This document shows, in pieces, positions 1-13,721 of a stretch of 64,000 nucleotides of DNA (position 1 is the first letter of the stretch; every line of letters starts with the position of its first letter). The translations under genes and the position numbers were made by a program. The notes beneath the pieces are model-generated. The model ran no database searches, was not told the DNA's origin, and was given only the letters and a program-made list of their open reading frames with translations. Where the stretch lies: assembly GCA_963924565.1 (NCBI GenBank), contig OZ004607.1, positions 14,384,001 to 14,448,000 of the forward strand. The letters run 5' to 3'. This DNA is from Ascidiella aspersa. Its lineage: Eukaryota.

Positions 1-112
1 TACATATTTAAGGTTCACTAGAAAAAAGTTATTTATTTGTTTATTTATTCATATTTTGTTAAATAAAAAGCTATCAAATGTCTTTTATATACATAAGTGG
101 CAGAATACTTGC

Positions 113-2450
113 CCAACATCCATGAGTATAACCTTCGATTGAGTGACATATCTCGCCGCAAGAGACATTGTATGGCAGCCACAAGTAATATGCAGCAATC
201 TTCTTTAGGGAATGGGATGTTTGAGAGAGGACAAAGCAAAATAAGTACATCAAAAGATGCTCGTTGGGTGAGTACACTAGAATCCTGGAAAGCCTCACAT
301 AAGGCACGAACCTGTAAGAAAACAATTCAAAAAATGTATTATGGCATTTATCAAAATTTATTTAACTATATTATTTAAACAATTTATATATTTTGTTGAC
401 CACATTGTTTTATCCCTGACAGTAATTAATTTGTTGAATAAGAAAGTTTTAAGTCTTACGTTACACTTTATAACCTAAAACCAAAAAATCAACTTTATGA
501 CAGAACCACTTCGAATAGTATATCACTTCATTCATTGTAAGCAAGTAGAGAGCAAGACCTACCATAACATTAATATCAGAACCAATGAGGTAGATTTGAT
601 CTTCTGTTGAACGCTTTTTGTTAAAATTTCTTAAAATAAATTGAACAGCAGCCAGCCTTGCAACTGACCCAATAAGTACACAACGCCACATTGCACTAAA
701 AAAATCCATCTCGCCAACTTCTGAAGACAGCTTTTGTAGGAGGGAATCAACTCGCTCAAAATATTCTGTTCCTTCTTCTAACCCTAAAAAAAACTTAATT
801 TATTGCTATGAATTCATCTGTTTTTCGACATACTCATATGCTCCAGGAAGTGTTCTTTTTTTAAAAAGCAAGTGTTGTTTGTATTTATTTAAATATTTGA
901 AGTTTTAATGTCTGAGTAAAGATTGACAGTGTAATATATATATTTATCAGTGGTGCTAAAAATGTTAAAAATTTAATGCAAATGGTTTAGCAAATTGTAT
1001 CGAAAATATGGATGATTGTTTTTATATTTGACTTACCAGGTAGCAAACCCATTAGTATCCCATCAATGCAGACATTTAAAGATCCTCCCAAAGGCAGTAT
1101 GTGAGTTTCATAAAGGTTCAACAAAACAGGACGAACTTGCATAGAAGCGTTTGCAAAGAGAGGAAACAATCCAGTGCTAAAAACAAAAAATATTTTGGAA
1201 ACCAACTTTTATAAATTAAATAAACTCTGTCATTAAAGTTTTCACACCTATACACATATAGCTCTGTTTGAAGTCTCTTTTTCTGAATGATGTTAAAAAT
1301 GGTATCATAGACCTGGAGAGCTTTGAGATGCACCCCTCCTGGCAGAGCTGGATGCATACATTGTGCCAAACGCTTTCCAACAGTTATCTTCTTTGGGATA
1401 GCTTTATATTTGGGATTTAAAACCTGAACAAAGAAAAACACTTTCTTGGAAAAAATCATGTAATACATTAGTACTATTTTATCAATATTGTGTTTTATGC
1501 TGCACTTGCAGATCTCATAGTTTGCTAATTAATACAAAATATATATATATGCTTACATGAATTTTGTTACACTTAAAAAGGAAACTAAACTGAAAATCAC
1601 TTTTCGTTTATACTGTTAAAGTTGGATTTTTGGTTTATGTGGTTATTAAGGCTGGTTCACACTAGACGCGTCTAGCGTTAACGTAAAGCGTTTTTAAAAA
1701 TGCTTTCGGTTGCGGAAAAGTTGAAATATTTCAACTTTGACGCTTTCGGTTAGAAGCGAGGAAATTTGCCGTTAACGCTGGCAACGCGTTATGTGTGAAC
1801 TGGACGACGTTAGCCGTTAGACGCCAGACGTTAACGCGTCTAATGTGAAACAGCCTTTAGACCTTTTTTGGCCGTATGGGAACAGAGTGGTACATTTATG
1901 TTTTAGGAGAAGGTTCTGGTCCGTTTAAAAATCTTTCAAGTGTGCTTGCCATACTTATGACGATAGTAAATTTTTGCCTAGGCTTTGACTAGCCAGCTAC
2001 GTAATCTTAAATAAAACAGATTGTTAGAAAATAAATAGTGCAAGCTGAAATACCAAATAAGCCGAATTTCTCTTCAAGATAAATTAAGTATGTAACAAAA
2101 CACGCAAGAAAAACAAACATTTTATTTGCGTAAAGTGATAAAATTACATTTAAGGTGATTCCAAATTATTAAACTTGCCTAAAGTGTAACTTTATTTTAA
2201 CTTAGGAAAGACATAAAATTGCTAAACAAGCTTGCCTTTCAATAAAAAAAGTATTGGTTTACTTAAAACAGCAAAAGGAAAAAACGCATAAAATAGCAAT
2301 ATAAATTACCTTATTGAGTTTGCCAAGAGCCGCAATTAAGTCAGCCCATTCACTTGACGACTCAAAGTTTCTTAAGGCCTTGTCTACAGCATTCATGTAC
2401 TGTCGGTATTTAGGGTCATCCAATAGCGAAGTATCTTGAACAGAAAACAT
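113..2450 (-). CDS. DOP1: Protein dopey / DOP1 family, 5' part only (gene continues beyond position 1)
   Basis: Exons 2310-2450, 1248-1423, 1037-1176, 563-783 and 113-311 join in frame. Translation [47 protein letters not shown]...[20 protein letters not shown]...GLLPGLEEG...[18 protein letters not shown] is the Dopey N-terminal domain. The fifth donor appears to be GC. Confidence 0.96.
1650..1855. mobile_element. Palindromic MITE (PIF/Harbinger-like) in DOP1 intron 1
   Basis: Imperfect terminal inverted repeats GGCTGGTTCACACTAGACGCG ... CGCGTCTAATGTGAAACAGCC with internal AACGC/GCGTT symmetry. Flanks are taa/ttt(a), consistent with a TWA-type target. Confidence 0.75.
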
Positions 2451-2940
2451 CTTTTGGGGATAAAACTAACTTTCCGTTCCGCCCAAATACATAGACAGGG
2501 TCCAATAGCCTATTATTTACTTGGTTAAAATGTCATTTTTAGCTTAAATCGTATATTCATTGATTTGATATTCATCCAGTCTTATGATTTTTAAGGGTTT
2601 TTCCCTTCGAAACGGTTCAAAGACCACAATGGTTTTGGGTCACTAATTTCATTTAAAAACGTTAATTTTAAAGAACCAGTAAAACAGTTTGACTTATTAA
2701 ATTTAGGTTGGGTTGGGGTTCAAGATATTTAAAAAAAATTGATTTAGTTCCGGATTCGGTTCGAAACAATTTGAAAGTTCCGGCTCAGCTCCCAAACCAA
2801 AGTTGTTCTAAAAATGGGTTAATAAAATTCCGGTTCGCGCTCAATGTAAATATCTTACACTAAACTAAAAACACTAGTCTTTACTGTAAATAACATTCGA
2901 AAAGTAGTGTAAATCCTCGTTTGATCTAAAACGTTAAAAC

Positions 2941-3312
2941 TAGGGCTGCGGAGTCGGTTAAAATTAACCCGAGTCCAACTCCCGAGTCCCGGTCAAATGT
3001 GCGATTTCGTCGAGTCCTGAGTCCGGCTCTGACTTTACAGCCTGTATTCCGCCAACTTACGTAGCCTATACGGTAACTAAAATAACGTGGATGTTCAGCA
3101 ATTAATCCACTTATATGGGTGTTGTATAATTCATTCACTCACAATACATGGTTGGAAAATATTCCACCATACGCCTCTTCCACCTTTACAATTTCTAATT
3201 GGCGGTCATATCAGTATTAAATTTTGATAGTGCGCATGCGCATGTCGGTTTAGGGACTATGGTAGTTTTACGTGGTCTTACTCGAGTCCCGAGTCCCGAC
3301 TCCTCAGCCCTG
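2941..3312. mobile_element. Non-autonomous hAT-type MITE
   Basis: TIRs TAGGGCTGCGGAGTCGG / CCGACTCCTCAGCCCTG. Perfect 8-bp TSD GTTAAAAC at 2933-2940 and 3313-3320. Subterminal GAGTCC repeats. Confidence 0.9.
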
Positions 3313-6300
3313 GTTAAAACTAAATATTAAAGAGGGTTAAAAAACAAAAGAGGTTGTTCTTTATGAAAAAGCTGAACAGTAAAAATAAACCGTTTTTTGA
3401 CAAATAGGCAATGTTTGAGACATTAGTTTTTTATTCATGGGCTTGTTTACAGTCTCACATTTACCCCTTAGAATAAACAGCATGATAACAAATTAGTAAA
3501 CCATTGTATTTTATATACCAGTCTTCGATTGTTGAGCGCCACTATGTGATGATCAAGGGTTTGTTGGCGCTTGTCCGACGCGTGGATTAATAGACTGAAG
3601 GCAAAATGATTTTTTTTATTATGGTACTGAAGGGGGTGTGTCTGATTAATGAGTCTTCATTTATATAATTGCCACGATGAATCGACCACACTCCTTCAAG
3701 ATTTGAGATGGCCTGTCTTCGTGAGGCCAGATAGGTCCAATTCTTTCCTTTAGTTCAGATACATGAACAGTCAATTTTGCTGTCTTCAGTCACAAAAGCA
3801 CTCGAGTTTGCTGTCTGAGTAAAAGCTGTAAAAGCCCGTTTTATATTGATTGAACACGCTATTTATAGACGAGAATCAGTTAGGAAAATTTCTGCGAATA
3901 AAGAAAGATTTACGTCATTAATTCTTATAATACTTAACAAAATACCACGTGACAAAAAGGGCGTAACTCAAGCCTTTTTCACACTTATTTCTGACGCGAA
4001 ACATACAATTTTTACGTCAAAATGCGATTGCGAAACAGCTTCTGACTTCAGTTAAATGTCAACAGTTTGAAATCACACGACCGGGGAAACCGATTAATGT
4101 TCAGACCGCGGTGTTTTGAAAACATATGCTAAAACGGATGTAAATGCCTTGACGCATTAAAATTGGTGTCAGCAATTTGAATTTTTGCAAATTCGCTGCA
4201 AGGATATCGAAAACATTAGAATGTGGTTGCAAGAAATCTACGTAACGGAATTTTACCGAAAACTTTCCGTTTATCGTTTGCACATTGGCTGCAAGAAGTA
4301 ACGCAAACATTGAAAGGATTGCAAAGAATTTAGGCCATAGATTTTTACTGAAAATTTTCCGTTACGACACATCGATTAAAACAAAAATTCTCTGTGTAAA
4401 CACAATATGACGAAGTGGCTGCTATAGTACCACCACATTCGGTTCAGTTCCGGTTCGACACCTTAATTTTGTAAAAAAAACGGTTCAGCTTCCGTTTCGT
4501 TTCTAGTAGAATTAGTCTGAAACGGGTTTAAAAAACTTCAAGGCGGGTTTGCTTCGGTTCGACTTCCGGATTTTAACACAAAAATGTAAAATAACTAAAA
4601 CAGTTAAGTAGAACTATACATAAACTTCCAATTGTTATCAAAGATGTTTTACAAATTTCTAGAGAGTAGGCCTATATAACCTAAAGTTTGTTATTTTGTT
4701 TGGGTAAACAACGAAACCTAATTATGTTTTAGAAGATTTAAAGACTACATGAGAAAAATCATGCAAAATTCGAAAGGAAGCCTAAAGAAAATGTTAATGC
4801 CAAGACCATTAAGGTATAGAAGTGTATTTTTTTTTTCAATTTGACGCCAAAAAATCTGAACCACCATATGTTACATTAATCTGAACCACCTTTAAATTTG
4901 AACCATCATATATTACTTACGAATATATACCTTATGACGGAGACTGTAGTGTTCAGCTTCGTTCGAAGCGCGAAAAAATATACAGTAATAAGAAAAATCT
5001 GTCTGTAATCTTCATTTAAAGTTAAACGGTGCTTAACTATTTTACCGCAACACCTGTCTGCATAGATTCCGTTGAAGCGCTATATCTTGTAAAGCTATAG
5101 ACAAAAATACTGAACATGGCTTTATCAGTTCAAAAAGTATCGAAAAAAATCAACTACTTAGTTCAGTTTAATACATGTATTATAAAAAACTTTATCCTCA
5201 AACTCAAATCACAAGCCGTAGAATACTTTTATTAAGTTTAAGTTGGTAAAAAACACACACGCCCGTAGAACTTGCTCCATCCTTAAAAAACATAAGCGCT
5301 AGTCGTACACTATTAGGTTAACACCCTTTCTCAATTGAACGTACTCACTAAAATACGAACATCGTTTTCACAAAAATGCCTATTGCCTACCTTAGACAAC
5401 TGACCTAACAGTTAAAATGAAAAATCCAAAGCAAGCGACATCCAGTACGTAAACGCTTATTGCAGCGTTTCTAAATGTGAAGGGTCAACAAAAACAGTTT
5501 TAAAGGTTGTGGGAATGCAAAAAATACCTTTTTTTAAAACACAAAAATTGCCTCGATATGTGAATATGTTTTGCTATAAAAGCAAGGTGTTTTGCACGGT
5601 TGCTTAAATGTTTTATAACAGTTAGTTTTTATAGCAACACGTAAAAGAAACAACATCAATACGTTTAAATTGTCGCGCGTTAAGTACGCAGAATCCGTTT
5701 CAAATTTGAGTATGTTTCTTAGTATGCTCAAATTGGCACAGAAATCTGAACTCTTAATCGCGACAATATATAATAAAATGTTCAACTTTCGATGCAAATG
5801 GTCAGGGCTATTTTGGCTAAATAATTTTGTTTTTCCTGATTTCTGTTAAAACATTGCTATCCGACGTGTGTTTTTTAACGCCTTTCTTCTCTCTCGCATC
5901 CACTTCGCTGTATTGGTAAGGGTTCGTTACATATGAAGTCAAACAACAATAACAAAAATCATGTTTAAAGTTCACCGTTTTAACGATTAGCGAAAGAAAG
6001 CCTGGAACTAAAGAACAAGATCCAGAAGTTATAAGATACTCAAAAGTTCAAAGTGAATTTACTAATGTACAGTTGTCGCTCAATTTACTCTGCAGCGCTG
6101 TTAAAAATATGTTGCTTTTTGTAGATAAGACAAACAATAGACCCATTTCAAGTCTGGGTCCAACTTGTTGATACAAAGGTTTTTGAAGTCAAGTGGGGGA
6201 TTCTGTTAGCGTGTTTCTTTTTCTAATTTTACACTTTACCGTGTAGACGGTATTGTCACAACAAAAAATATTCTCATGACTTTAATACTTTTTCTAGTTT

Positions 6301-7101
6301 AATTTGAGACGAGCGGCAATTCCTTCTTGGATACCATTAAACTTGAATGAATTGCTTTTGCCATTGGAAACCATGTAAACTTTACACCGATGACACGTTC
6401 ATTGCGTGTTTGAAGTGGTTATACAGAAACTCTTATCCCACTTTTGCTGCTGGAGAAAGTCCAGTGGCAGCTGAAGAGACTTGCTGATGGGTTGGTAGAG
6501 ATACGACAGCCTTCGTAAGTCAGGCGCTCTTCACATGCACTTAAGTCTCTGGCAATCCAAGAAAGTATGTGGTTATTGAAGTCTTCTAGAAACATTTTTT
6601 CCATATAATAGGATGTATATTTCTTGCGCTTTAATATAGAAAATCGTTCATAAATATTACTCCTTATTTGTAGGCTCGGCTAGCATGAGCTGTTTAATAA
6701 GCTTATAAAATCCGAGACTATTAGGAAAAGGTGGAAATTTACTGTTCTCAGCAAAGCAAAAATTTAAACAATTTATAGCACAGGACTTTCCAAACGTGAT
6801 TGTACCAAACCTACCAGTTTCTATTCTGGCCTTTTTGATGTCGCTCGTCAAGTGGTTGTGAACAGTACTACAATCCAACTAGTCGCTCTTGACAGACACT
6901 TGGACTGTACTTATAGGTCCAAATAAGACAGTGCTTTGGGAATTAGCAAACCGATATAGCGATACAGAACAGTGGTCCTACAGCCGGCGAAATAATCTGA
7001 CATAAAACCTCCAACGCGTACCAAGTGGTTCCGTCGGCAGTTGATCGATTTAAGTAGATCAGCAGATGACATAACAAATCGAAGTCCTCGACATAAATGT
7101 C

Positions 7102-10100
7102 ATGCGAAACATAAAGTCAAGAAGAGTAAGCTTTGCCTGTATGCTCGTTGTTGTGATTGGCTTTGCCGGGGGACAAGATTACTCCACTTCGAAAGAAAAT
7201 ATGCACTCGAGGTAATGAGTTTTTTTCGAGTTTAGTTTAAATTTTTCAAACGGCAACGAAACAAATATAGGTCAAAGTTGATAACAAAAGTCAATTTTGC
7301 TTACAGTCTTTTTATTTTTCAGGCGAAGGCGTTCGGTGCTTCCTACAGCTGATGAGGCCCAGATAGTTCTAGATGCCCATAACGAAGCAAGAGCCACGAT
7401 TTCCGATGAAGGGGAAGAGCCAATGCCTTCCAATATGAGATATATGGTGCGGTTTTAACATTATTAAAGTCAATCTTTGTTTACAAAAGTATCACGTTTT
7501 TTTTTCAAATAAAACATTAGATAAGTTTGGTAATAACCAACAACTATCAATGATTGCTGGATTTTAACATTTAAAATGAGTTCCATTCTGACGAAAAATG
7601 AAGTCATTTTGTTTGTTTGAATTACTCAAGGATGTTTCCTAATTATTTTTGAATACCTCTTATTCACTTTCAGACATGGGATGACCAACTTGCTGTAAAC
7701 AGCCTTAATTATGCAAAGAAATGCGTTTGGGGCCACAGTCCAGTTCCGTCGAGAAGGACACCTAAATTTAATGTGAGTGTATTTTTAATTGAATTCTATA
7801 TTCGTGCCAAAGTACTTTCAAGGGTGCTACGATACAAAACTTGTGAATAAAAAGGGTTAATCAGTATAACATGTATAATTTTGATTTTATAATGCCCCAC
7901 TCTAATATTTGTTACATATATGCGAAGTTTGATGGTTTACCTTCATATTTATATATCTTGAACATGGGTAGGCCAAAAATAATCAATTCAACTATTTATA
8001 CAACAAATAAAAGTTTCTCATGAAGTACCTAAGAATCATGGAATCGAAGAATATTTTTTTTATTTCTGAAGTTTGTTAAATATTTCCTATGTTTTTTAAC
8101 AACATTTATTGGGATTTTAAATATATAGATAAAAAGTTTTTCCACGACGCAAGCGTACCGTTTTACCCTTAAAACTCAATGGACGAAATCTCTCGAATCG
8201 GGGGTAAAACTTTACAAAACGAGCATGGGGATGTCGGCATAACCTTATATCATTCCTAAATTAAAGAATCACTATTATAGTAGGTGTTTTATTAACGTTA
8301 TTTTTAAGTGCAAACGTCCAAAATTCCACAGAACTTTTCAAATCATGGATCACGACTGTATAAATGCTAATCACTATACATGACTATACTGTTGGATAAA
8401 AATAATTTAACAAGGCAAAGGGCACTCACCATTTTGTTGGCGGTAGGCGATCAACGGTGAGAATCTATGGTGTGGCAACGGCCCGCTCACCAAACATTTT
8501 TCGCCACTTCGCGCTGTCAGTTCTTGGTTCAACGAGTACGAGTATTACGAATTTTACAACCAAACCTGCGTGCCAGGCAAAAAGTGCGGCCACTATACAC
8601 AGGTTTGACCAACCAACTATTGCGTTAAGGTATTGTTTGCAGTACATATAGAAGTGGTAAGTAGTATAATAAAATTACACCAAACATTGCTAAATATATA
8701 TTGCGTTAAAAACATAGAGTTTATAGTAGTCTAATTGTTATGGTCGCCATCTTGCATGTAGACCGCCAACTGTTTTTTAGGTAAAAAATAAAAAAAAATA
8801 TCTAATTTCTTCACTTGACGCAAATACATTGTGTCATGCCAATATAAATGGATGCGACGAAGCTTACCCGAATTATTGATTTAAAATCGAGTTTGCATAT
8901 ATTTTAACTTTATTGAGTCGTCTAAATCAGTGGTCGACAACCGACGGTCTGCGGACCGGTACCGGTCCGCGAGGAGTTTGCTACCGGTCCGTAGCAGGGT
9001 TGCCAAATTAAAATTTTGATTTAAACCCAAACTTTAAACACCTTGAATAAAGTAAAACAATGTGTATTTTTATTATTAAAACAAGCTAAATTTCGTTCTA
9101 ATATGCTCCATGGTTGATTGATATGATCAAAAATCACCATTAGTGTCAACTATCAAGCTCTCGTGAGGTTTAAAACAACTAGTGTGCTGTAGCCATATAC
9201 TTTAGATATAGCCTAGCACGTTCACAACATACAAAAATGCATATTTTTATTGCAAAATTTAACTCCTAGCACTTATAACATATCAAAAATTTGGCCAAAA
9301 TATCATCTTCTTTTATGTTTAAGCGTCCTGACCAAAAAGTGCAATAGAATAAATTCACGCAAAAAATGGTTGTAAACAATGTCCAATAATGAAACAATTT
9401 ATTGTTTTGATATTTAAGCAAGAAAGTTTCGAAAAAATGTATGCTTTTTAATTAGTTTTGGCAAGTTTAAGCCTCCATCTATAGTTTTAGCCTCTATATA
9501 AATTCAGTTTTTGCCTCTATAAAAATGTCAGAAAAAGGCCTGATTACTTTTCTGACATCAGCCACGTTTAAAATATGCCAGATGTTTGAAATTTGTTGTC
9601 AAAAAATCCAATCTGGCATTCTTGTACGTATGCCTATTTTATGCGTTTTAGGTGTTGGTCTGTGCTTCGTACTTTTTTATATAACCATAATTTTATATTT
9701 TGAAGTCAAAGTGTCGTGTAGGGTCTGGTCAAAAAAGGGATCTAAAATACATCATATATAATACAAAGTGTAACTCATTTTAAAAGAATGCTTTAAATAC
9801 TCTTATTTTAACAAGCTGGTAAAAGTAGGAATAGGTAATAATGGTATACAAGCAGTGGTGGGATTCAGCCGATTCGCACCTGTTCTATAGAACCGATCGA
9901 CTCACGAAATTTTATGAGCTCATCCAACTGGTTAGCATTACTGTCAATGGATTTTTGTATCTAATCTTGATACACCGATTTTTGAGATCCAAGTAGCTCA
10001 CGTGTTGTTTTCAAAATCTGCGATGTTCAAGTTTGCACGTAACAGTTATACATGGTGTTAATTTTATAGTTTTAGTAATTTTCCTTTTGTGATTGTTTGT

Positions 10101-13100
10101 CTGGGGACGACTGCTGCTTTATTTTGCTATTGCACTGTCTTCTATTTATCTTCGTAAAACGAAGTTCTGCCGTATATATATAAAAAAATAATCAGTTTAT
10201 TTGCCGAATAATATGACTTTTGATAACAGAACCAGCTGAAAAATATGACATTTCTGATAGAACCAGCTGACAAAATTTGAATCCTACCACTGTATACAAA
10301 TGTAATTTAAGAAAAAAACGTTAAAGGCTTAAAAGTTTTATTAAAATGGACCGCGGGCTTGGTTAAATTGCCAAGTTCAATTTTCCCAGATGGTAACAGC
10401 TCTTTAAGCAAAACACGCTTAAAGTTCGCTTTGAAAAAAGTTGCAATAAATTTCCGTTATTAAACATTTGTTTTTTAAGGCCGGTCCGCGGCAAAAGTTT
10501 TAGTTTTAAACCGGTCCGCATTGCAAAAAAGGTTGCCTACCCCTGGTCTAAATGTCCAAATTATGGATCGAGTATTGAATAATAAGTTCTTACATATAAA
10601 ACTAAAACTTAATCATCTAATCGTAGAATTGTGTCAATCAGATTCTATTTTTTCATGTCTTTACTTCATGGTAACCTATTCGAAGACTAACGATAGCGTC
10701 ATATAAGCATTGATCAATTTATTAAAACCGTATTTGCATTATGACATAAAATTTGCGGCGTTTTAACCATTTAAGTTAAAAGCGCCAGTTTTGACGTTTA
10801 CCGTTTATATCTAAGGTTGTTTGGGCTACAACTTACAAGCTTGGATGTGCATGGACGCTCTGCCCTCTTGTCAAACACACGGGCTTGACAGAGGCGATGT
10901 ACATGGTTTGTCAGTACGCACCGGTGTAAGTTAAAAGTATTTTCGCGTAAGGCCTTTTATGATAATAGGCATGGTCAGAACCAGACTTGGGCAACCATAT
11001 AATTATAATTGTCTATAAATCAAAGAAGGAGAGCAAAATGCCTAATTATAATCCTAATTTAATTTGTAAAATGCTTGTGAACGCCAATTCAGTACTCCGC
11101 AACCTTTTTCCACTTGCGGCGCACCAACAGGGTTAAATCATTAGGCGGCACACCCACAAAATATATGCAGTTCGACCACAGACAACATCAGCTAATATAC
11201 TTGGAAGGCAAAAAAAATGAGCTATACTGTATGTATAATAAAACGCGCCGAAGGCCAAAACGTTACTTATTACATTCCTTTATCCTCTGATTTCGCTGTT
11301 TTGCTAATCTAAATAATTTTTTTAAACCGATTAATTCGGAAAATTGTACCTCCTTGTAGATGATTCGTATCCCCAATAACTTTAGAAGACAGAGGGCTTT
11401 TAATAGCATTCAAAAAATGAAACCCGACAAAGGTGCAAAGCACTTTTTTGCTTAATTTATTTTTCGAGACAGCAACTAAGATTAATTATACAATCTCTAA
11501 TGACAATATTATAGGGGTTTCGAGCGTATAGTTAATCTCCCTTTCTACTTTGGTGTAAAGCTTGAAAACAATTGTTGTATATTTATACCACTGGTATAGT
11601 TCCTGGTAGTTGATTCAATTTAAATAAATATTTTAAGTTTGATTTCCGGCGATTGAAGATAACATAGGTTTTAAATAAGTTTATAAAAAGTAAATAAAAT
11701 TATAGAAAGTTCATAAACTTACACCTGCAATCCTGCATCATTGCATAAAGTCAAAATACAAGCCTTGATGAGACATTCATTTCTCGCAATAATTCGATTG
11801 ATTATTAAAAATTACCCTTAAAAACGCAAGTAACAAACCTCCGTAAATGTAGCGGTGACATGGTCTCGGCAAACCGGTTGCGGAGCACTACTTTGAGTCT
11901 ATAGTTCTAATCTAATTCAGGTTTCCAAAAAAGGTTGCATTGTTCAACGAATTTTTTTCTTTAGGTCGGAACGAAGAATGCGAATTGGCACTCTTAAGTC
12001 AGAACGACTTTAATAGGCTAATTTAATCCTAGTATTGTAGTATCGGTAGTTTTAATTCTAATCTAATTTTGGAAAACTGATATGATCTTATTTTAATTCT
12101 AATATGATTGTAAAAAGTTAAAATAAACCTATAGTTGTCCAAGTCTGATCAGAACCACATGCCCAATTTTCTAAGTTGGATTTCTAAATATAATACACTT
12201 GCTTGCATTGTCTGAAGTGCAAGCCAAATTCTAAAATTGCGATCTAGGCTTACTTCGTTTGGGCTTAGTAAAGAAGTTCTGGGGTATAGCGGCTTAAGTT
12301 GACCTTATCTGGAAAGTGGCTGTCGTTTTGTATTTATTTTTCTTTAATGGCCCTCCAATTATAAAAATATACGAGTTGTCAGCTGTTTTGTAAAACTTCA
12401 GGAACTGCTGCAGTTAGAGCGAACCACTTCAAACCAGCTTGCCAAAAAACTTTTGACAGTATAGCATACAGCAGTGTACCTGGGTTTGCAAATTACACTT
12501 TCGCTTGCAGGGGAAATATCCGCGGGAGAAAACTTTACAAAGTGGGTGAGAGGTGTTCAGAGTGCGAGGAAGGGGACACATGTCCAAATGGCACACTTTG
12601 TCGTACGTTATCATTTAATTACATGATTTTTACGTTTTGACATTATTTCATATTAAAATCTCCCGTTCAGATAACGCCGAACGCGACAAGCTTATTCCAA
12701 TTCAAAGACAGCCCGGTATGTTTAAAGTGCAAATACAGTTGTTCATCGTGATTTATTTGAAATCGTATATCAAAACTGATATTTTTCGCAGACGTAACGG
12801 CGGGAGTCCTGATCAGCATAATTTTTGTCTTGGCCGCTCTGGCCGCGGCTGGTTATTACCTGTATGTTAAATATGGGGTACCATCCAATGTTCTCCTGGC
12901 CTGGCGTAAAAGGCGTCGAGTTTCTTCTGCGGCGGAATTGTAAGTTGCAGTGAGTTCACGTGACGTACAGCTCAATAAATCACACATCTCTATCTCTGCT
13001 GGTTGCAGATTGCCGCGTTTTGCAGGCCGCCAGTAATAATGAACCCACGAGCAAGATAATTGCTACCTGTAGGCAACAATTTCTTTGAGGTAGTTTAATT

Positions 13101-13721
13101 ATATCGCGGCAATCTGCAAGTTCAGCTATATTCTACAAGTTTTAAAGTAATTATATAACATTAAACGAACTTCCTTGACTTACCGGCTCAAAGCACTTAT
13201 TAGAAACATTGGACAAATATAGGAAAGGGTCTGTGATGAATGGATGCTTATGAAGGTTTAGTTTATAAAATAGTTGTAAATACAAATCATACTGTGTTTT
13301 AAAACCAAAATGTTGAAGAGCGGTGTAGCTAAACTACAGTTAATAGTTTAAAAAAACTAATCGAATGTGTATTTCTCATTTAATTATTATTGAATACAAT
13401 CTTAAAAAATACAATGACTTTTTTAATTATTATAGAATACAATCTAAAAATACAATGAAAATTCACCTCAAGGATACGACACTAATTTTAGCAACACTAT
13501 ACACTATAAAGATCTTAGGCTATATTTCATAATTTTTGTAAAATTTTGAATTATTTTTTCTTATTTACAGAAAAAACAGTCAAAACTCACAGGATAACAA
13601 CAACGAAGATGGTAAAGATGATGCTTGTGAATCTAAAGCAACAAAGAACTACGTGGATAACAACAATAGGGGAGCTCGATTAGCTTCTATAAATGTAGAA
13701 ACCTGTAATTCTCCTGATTAG
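7102..13721 (+). CDS. CAP/SCP-domain (GLIPR1/PI16-like) type I membrane protein, 344 aa
   Basis: Exons 7102-7211, 7323-7446, 7674-7772, 8447-8602, 10816-10925, 12511-12602, 12671-12715, 12792-12939, 13571-13721 (1035 nt, phases consistent). Signal peptide and RRRR furin site. CAP motifs LDAHNEAR, NMRYMTWDDQLA, CVWGHS, GENL, WFNE, CGHYTQVVWA-T-KLGCA, VCQYAPVGN. Cys-rich hinge CSEC...CPNGTLC, then TM helix VTAGVLISIIFVLAALAAAGYYLYV and a cytoplasmic tail. Confidence 0.93.
8928..10545. mobile_element. Non-autonomous hAT (Charlie-like) element in CAP-gene intron 4
   Basis: Ends CAGTGGTCGACAACC / GGTTGCCTACCCCTG. Subterminal CCGGTCCGC repeats at both ends. Perfect TSD GTCTAAAT at 8920-8927 and 10546-10553. 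Confidence 0.9.
9853..10292. mobile_element. hAT-type MITE nested inside 8928-10545
   Basis: TIRs CAGTGGTGGGATTCA / TGAATCCTACCACTG. TSD TATACAAG / TATACAAA. Internal AGAACC repeats. Confidence 0.85.
10982..12147. mobile_element. hAT-type non-autonomous element in CAP-gene intron 5
   Basis: TIRs CAGACTTGGGCAAC / GTTGTCCAAGTCTG. TSD GTCAGAAC (10974-10981) / ATCAGAAC (12148-12155). Confidence 0.85.
11090..11890. mobile_element. Probable hAT-type element nested inside 10982-12147
   Basis: TIRs CAGTACTCCGCAACC / GGTTGCGGAGCACTA. No recognisable TSD. Confidence 0.6.

Noticed and set aside
2600-4570. GGTTC/CCGGTTCG motif clusters (also reversed near 63090-63200)
   Set aside because: Probably decayed copies of a DNA-transposon family; boundaries and TSDs cannot be defined.
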